Shown here piece after piece: positions 60,483 to 64,000 of a stretch of DNA of 64,000 nt. The translations under genes and the position numbers were made by a program. This stretch comes from a virus. Lineage: Duplodnaviria > Caudoviricetes. Positions within the stretch are counted from its first letter, which is position 1, and each line of letters begins with the position of its first letter. The notes under the pieces were generated by a model. The model had not been told where the DNA came from and searched no databases. It saw only the letters and a list, made by a program, of their open reading frames with translations. The stretch spans positions 210,242 through 274,241 of IMG/VR virus record IMGVR_UViG_3300028048_000001; one strand, given 5' to 3'.

Positions 60483-61184
60483 TTAGTAACTTGTAATTTT
60501 TGTTATTGTGCTTGGTTTTCCTTGACCATAATTATCATATTCTTCACCACCAGATTCACTAGTGTATGTTGTAGCTACTGCAAGATAGCAATTAGCATTT
60601 CTATTTGCTGTAGGTATTGTAATACTTCTAGTAGAATTACCTCTTAATGCAGCCCAGGCTATTACACACCATACTGCTCCATTACCTGTAAGAGAACTAA
60701 CTCCAGCTACATATAAAGGAACAGATCCATATGTTTCATATGTTTGTGTAGTTATAGTAATTTCAATAGTAGTTTTATTTGTAAGATTTACTTTATTATT
60801 AGTCATAAATTTTACATATCCTACAGAACATATAGGACTACCATCATCACTATCCCATGTAACGGTTCTCCAGCAGTCTGCAGATAATCCATTAGTAAGA
60901 CTAAAACTAGATTTCCTACCAGGATTAGTAGTACTCCAAGTTGGAGAACCTTTTATAAATTTATCAGCAGTATAGCATGCCCATCCATAATTTGAAGAAG
61001 AACCACCCCATCCTCCCATACCAGACGAATGTGTTCTTCCTGTAAAAGTAGAACTTGCATTTCCACCATTAAATATAACAAGTAAATCTGGAAATACTTG
61101 TGTACTTCCCCAAAGTACTTTAGTAATATTAGTACTACCCCATTTAACTGCTGTTACATTACTACTACCCCATTTAATAGCCAT
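60483..61184 (-). CDS. Putative fibre-tip adhesin/receptor-binding protein, cassette A1
   Basis: Start MAIKWG; triple (K/L)WG N-terminal repeat followed by a variable G/S/T/aromatic-rich domain. Confidence 0.65.
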   Translation of the reverse strand: MAIKWGSSNVTAVKWGSTNITKVLWGSTQVFPDLLVIFNGGNASSTFTGRTHSSGMGGWGGSSSNYGWACYTADKFIKGSPTWSTTNPGRKSSFSLTNGLSADCWRTVTWDSDDGSPICSVGYVKFMTNNKVNLTNKTTIEITITTQTYETYGSVPLYVAGVSSLTGNGAVWCVIAWAALRGNSTRSITIPTANRNANCYLAVATTYTSESGGEEYDNYGQGKPSTITKITSY

Positions 61185-61224
61185 ATAAAAAATATCTTCT
61201 TTACATAGCACATACTAGCGTCAT
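61182..61224 (-). repeat. Conserved cassette leader with core AGCGTCAT (copy 1, hybrid site)
   Basis: CATATAAAAAATATCTTCTTTACATAGCACATACTAGCGTCAT, repeated at 62661-62703 and 63411-63452. Confidence 0.9.
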
Positions 61225-61516
61225 TTAACGAAGTCAATGCATTATTCATCTATTTAACCAATAAAAAACTAGAAATATGGTCATTATAGCTTACTTGACT
61301 CGTTATAATGAGGCTATTACCATTGCCATCTTTCAAATCGGAATCTGTATGAATATGCTTAGTAGTAGCTTTTCCAGAATCTAATTTAGCTACTGTAGTT
61401 CAGGAAATAGCACTACCATCTGCTACATAACTAGATATAAAATTATTAGTGATATTAGCAAATGCAGTAATATCATAAGTGATCTAACCGACTTGAATTT
61501 TGTCAATTTGAGCTAT
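61217..61516 (-). pseudogene. Degenerate N-terminal fragment of a third tail fibre paralog
   Basis: (ATA)AQIDKIQVG*ITYDI...AIS*TTVAKL...SSFLLVK*MNNALTSLNDA aligns with 58367-59401; start codon lost, three stops, internal deletion; AAGGAGG SD retained. Confidence 0.85.
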
Positions 61517-61887
61517 ATAAAGAATCTTTCCTCCTTATATTTTTCTTAGATTATTGCTTAATTAAAAATATTATTCTCAGATTATTAAAATAGTATATTT
61601 GAGGATAACCAGACAACCTTTTATACTATAACTTATTTTCAATATACACTATTTAACAATTTAATATGCTAGGCTGAATTACTTTTAATGTTTAATATAT
61701 TCAGCCTAACACATTAAATTTAAATTAATAAGGAGACCAACAAAAATGGTTAAATAGGATATATTAACAAATAAGCAATAATCTGTAAATATATTGCGTT
61801 TAGTTTGGATAACCAATTTTAGAGTTTAAATATAGAATATATTAAACATAAAAAAGTAATATCCTTTATTTATAGCACAATATACTT

Positions 61888-61899
61888 TACTAAAAAGTT
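61888..61899 (-). promoter_or_regulatory. Late-type promoter candidate AACT-N6-TA
   Basis: AACTTTTTAGTA pointing toward cassette A1 and the fibre genes. Confidence 0.4.
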
Positions 61900-62001
61900 A
61901 TATTTTTATATATCTAAAATTTAAAATTAAATTTATCAATAACTTTTATTATTTATTTTTATGAATAAAAAATAAATAATAAATAAAAAATGATAAAAAT
62001 A

Positions 62002-62041
62002 ACTATCCTCAGATATATAAAAATAAGCATCTGAGGATAGT
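62002..62041 (-). terminator. Terminator-like hairpin downstream of the cassette array
   Basis: ACTATCCTCAGAT...ATCTGAGGATAGT (13-bp stem) followed by T-rich sequence on the minus strand. Confidence 0.7.
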
Positions 62042-62056
62042 ATTGAATATTTCTCA

Positions 62057-62084
62057 GACTTTTTCGTAAAAGCGTCATATAAAA
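62057..62084. repeat. Terminal hybrid site with core AGCGTCAT (62071-62078)
   Basis: GACTTTTTCGTAAA-AGCGTCAT-ATAAAA: right flank as in array junctions, left flank unique. Confidence 0.8.
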
Positions 62085-62663
62085 TTAAGAAAAATTTATA
62101 AAATTTATTTTTAAATGTGATGTAAACCAGAACCACGATCCCGCTCCTGAAGCTTTTGTTGTATTATAAGCAAAAAAAAACTTAAATTTTCCATCAGTAT
62201 TAGCATTTAAAACTTTTGATGTTAAAGTAAAAGATCCATTTTTTGGAATATCAAAATTAGTATAACCAGCTGTACCCCAATACCCACCAGTATTATAGGA
62301 AAAGTGTATTTCTATTTTTGGGTCTATTTTATTAATATCTCCTTTATCCCAATCTGTCATATTATGATATCCAGAAATTGTTATATATGAATATTTAGTA
62401 AAATCTCTTTCAGCATTATTAACTGGTACACCACTACTATATACAACATATCCAAGGTTATCTGGTGGAACACGTTCTGCATCTGAATATTCTGTGCTAA
62501 ATGGAGCACTATTAAAACAATTATATCCATTCAAAGGTGCAGTAGCAGTACTTCCATTATACCCATCAGGAAATACTATAGTTGAACCCCATTTAACACA
62601 TGTACAAGTATTAGTACCCCATTTAACTACTGTTACATTACTACTACCCCATTTAATTGCCAT
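62085..62663 (-). CDS. Putative adhesin cassette B1
   Basis: MAIKWG start, triple KWG repeat, type-B C-terminal domain. Confidence 0.7.
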   Translation of the reverse strand: MAIKWGSSNVTVVKWGTNTCTCVKWGSTIVFPDGYNGSTATAPLNGYNCFNSAPFSTEYSDAERVPPDNLGYVVYSSGVPVNNAERDFTKYSYITISGYHNMTDWDKGDINKIDPKIEIHFSYNTGGYWGTAGYTNFDIPKNGSFTLTSKVLNANTDGKFKFFFAYNTTKASGAGSWFWFTSHLKINFINFS

Positions 62664-62708
62664 ATAAAAAATATCTTCTTTACATAGCACATACTAGCGT
62701 CATATAAA

Positions 62709-63413
62709 TTAGTAATATGTAATTTTAGTTATTGTATTAGTACCATAAACATAATCAGCATTATCTGTTGAATTTCCTAATAATATTATAGCAAAATAAC
62801 AATTGGCATTTCTATTTGCTGTAGGTATTGTAAAAGATGCTGTAGATGTAGTATTTTTTGTTATACTAGATCTGACACACCAAGTAAATTTATTTGAACC
62901 TGTACTTGCCGTAGTTGTTATTCCTCCAACATATATTGGAGTATATCCATCATGTGCATTAGTTGATGATGTTAGTGTAATTTGAATAGTAGATCTATTT
63001 GTAAAGTCTATTTTATTATTTTTATACACAAATTTTGTTCTGCCACAATTATAACTCATATAGTCTCCACTAGAACTACCTTGATATAGATATCCTTCAC
63101 ATTTAGAATATATTCCGTTTGTAAGAGAAAAAGTTGCAAGATTTCCATGTTTTGATGTATATGGATTTGGTTCGTCCCAATATTTATAATTTGATACAAA
63201 GTAAGATGCTTCATAACAAAACCATTCATTAAGAGTTGGTCCAGAATCAAATATTTCTCCATTCATTCCAGTAAAATTAGATGAAGCATTACCTCCGTTA
63301 AATAAAGTTACTAAGTCTGGAAATACTTGTGTACTTCCCCAAAGTACTTTAGTAATATTAGTACTACCCCATTTAACCGCTGTTACATTACTATTACCCC
63401 ATTTAATAGCCAT
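62709..63413 (-). CDS. Putative adhesin cassette A2
   Basis: First 34 aa nearly identical to A1; the rest is diverged except blocks such as TIPTANRNANCY and TITKIT. Confidence 0.7.
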   Translation of the reverse strand: MAIKWGNSNVTAVKWGSTNITKVLWGSTQVFPDLVTLFNGGNASSNFTGMNGEIFDSGPTLNEWFCYEASYFVSNYKYWDEPNPYTSKHGNLATFSLTNGIYSKCEGYLYQGSSSGDYMSYNCGRTKFVYKNNKIDFTNRSTIQITLTSSTNAHDGYTPIYVGGITTTASTGSNKFTWCVRSSITKNTTSTASFTIPTANRNANCYFAIILLGNSTDNADYVYGTNTITKITYY

Positions 63414-63458
63414 ATAAAAATATCTTCTTTACATAGCACTTACTAGCGTCATATAAAA

Positions 63459-64000
63459 TTAAGAAAAATTCATAAAATTTATTTTTAAATGTGATGTAAA
63501 TCTGAACCATCCTGCATTGGCTGAAGCTTTTGATGTATTATAAGCAAAATAAAACTGAAATTTTCCATTAGTATCAGCATTTAAAACTTTTGATGTTAAA
63601 GTAAAAGATCCATTTTTTGGAATATCAAAATTAGTATAACCAGCTGTACCATGATAACCATTAACACTATATGTAAAGTCTATTTCTATTTTTGGGTCTA
63701 TTTTATTAATATCTCCATGATCCCAATCTGTCATATTATGATATCCAGAAATTGTTATATATGAATATTTAGTAAAATCTCTTTCAGCATTATTAACTAG
63801 TATACTATTACTATATACAACAAATCCAAGGTGATCTGGTTTAACATGTTCTGCATCTGAATATTCTGTGCTAAATGGAGCACTATTAAAACAATTATAT
63901 CCATTCAAAGGTGCAGTAGCAGTACTTCCATTATACCCATCAGGAAATACTATAGTTGAACCCCATTTAACACATGTACAAGTATTAGTACCCCATTTAA
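63459..64000 (-). CDS. Putative adhesin cassette B2 (5' end beyond the window)
   Basis: Near-copy of B1 with clustered substitutions; the frame stays open to the window edge through KWGTNTCTCVKWG. Confidence 0.75.
   Translation of the reverse strand, partial: KWGTNTCTCVKWGSTIVFPDGYNGSTATAPLNGYNCFNSAPFSTEYSDAEHVKPDHLGFVVYSNSILVNNAERDFTKYSYITISGYHNMTDWDHGDINKIDPKIEIDFTYSVNGYHGTAGYTNFDIPKNGSFTLTSKVLNADTNGKFQFYFAYNTSKASANAGWFRFTSHLKINFMNFS

Noticed and set aside
61185-61211. N-terminal extension MLCKEDIFY on cassettes A1 and B1 in the ORF track
   Set aside because: It derives from the conserved leader and is out of frame in A2, whose T-run is one base shorter. The true start is MAIKWG.
61217-61516. 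Stop-codon reassignment (TAG=Gln, TGA=Trp) suggested by in-frame stops at Q and W positions
   Set aside because: Core genes are intact under the standard code and TGA ends real genes. These stops are single transitions, accompanied by a lost start codon and a deletion, which indicates decay.
2067-63262. Short ORFs overlapping or antisense to long genes (e.g. 3571-3885, 5069-5326, 8483-8797, 23927-24346, 49041-49403, 61936-62136)
   Set aside because: They are shadow frames of AT-rich coding DNA, with no SD and I/F/L/S-biased composition.
60483-64000. Diversity-generating retroelement
   Set aside because: There is no reverse transcriptase in the window, and the B1/B2 differences are not restricted to adenines (e.g. 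TGG/CAT, GGA/GCC).
60483-64000. Classical inversion shufflon
   Set aside because: All visible cassettes and core sites are in direct orientation, and each cassette is a complete gene.

Overview
Very AT-rich, gene-dense 64 kb segment of a jumbo phage genome of the phiKZ/AR9-type, i.e. one that encodes its own split multisubunit RNA polymerase. The host is probably a Firmicute, judging from the CHAP-SH3-cell-wall-repeat lysin, InlB B-repeat proteins, an XkdX-like gene and strong AGGAGG SD sites. Core genes include an RNAP beta'-C subunit next to an SF2 helicase, gyrA and gyrB, a Dda/RecD-like helicase, DnaB, an SbcD-like nuclease, RecA, a prohead protease, and neck, baseplate and tail-fibre genes. 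Accessory genes include a PARG-like hydrolase, DUF29 pairs, a frameshifted DUF362, DUF262 and an orphan receiver domain. The most striking structure is at 60.5-64 kb: a head-to-tail array of variable putative adhesin cassettes sharing a conserved 43-bp leader with an 8-bp core (AGCGTCAT). The array is interrupted by an ~850-bp terminator/promoter segment bounded by two hybrid copies of that core, and a stand-alone tyrosine recombinase lies 38 kb away. I also find two promoter-anchored structured-RNA candidates (15.9-16.1 kb and 56.6-56.8 kb), a 5x48-bp tandem repeat, and two recurring phage promoter motifs. All family assignments come from motif recognition by eye, not from database searches.
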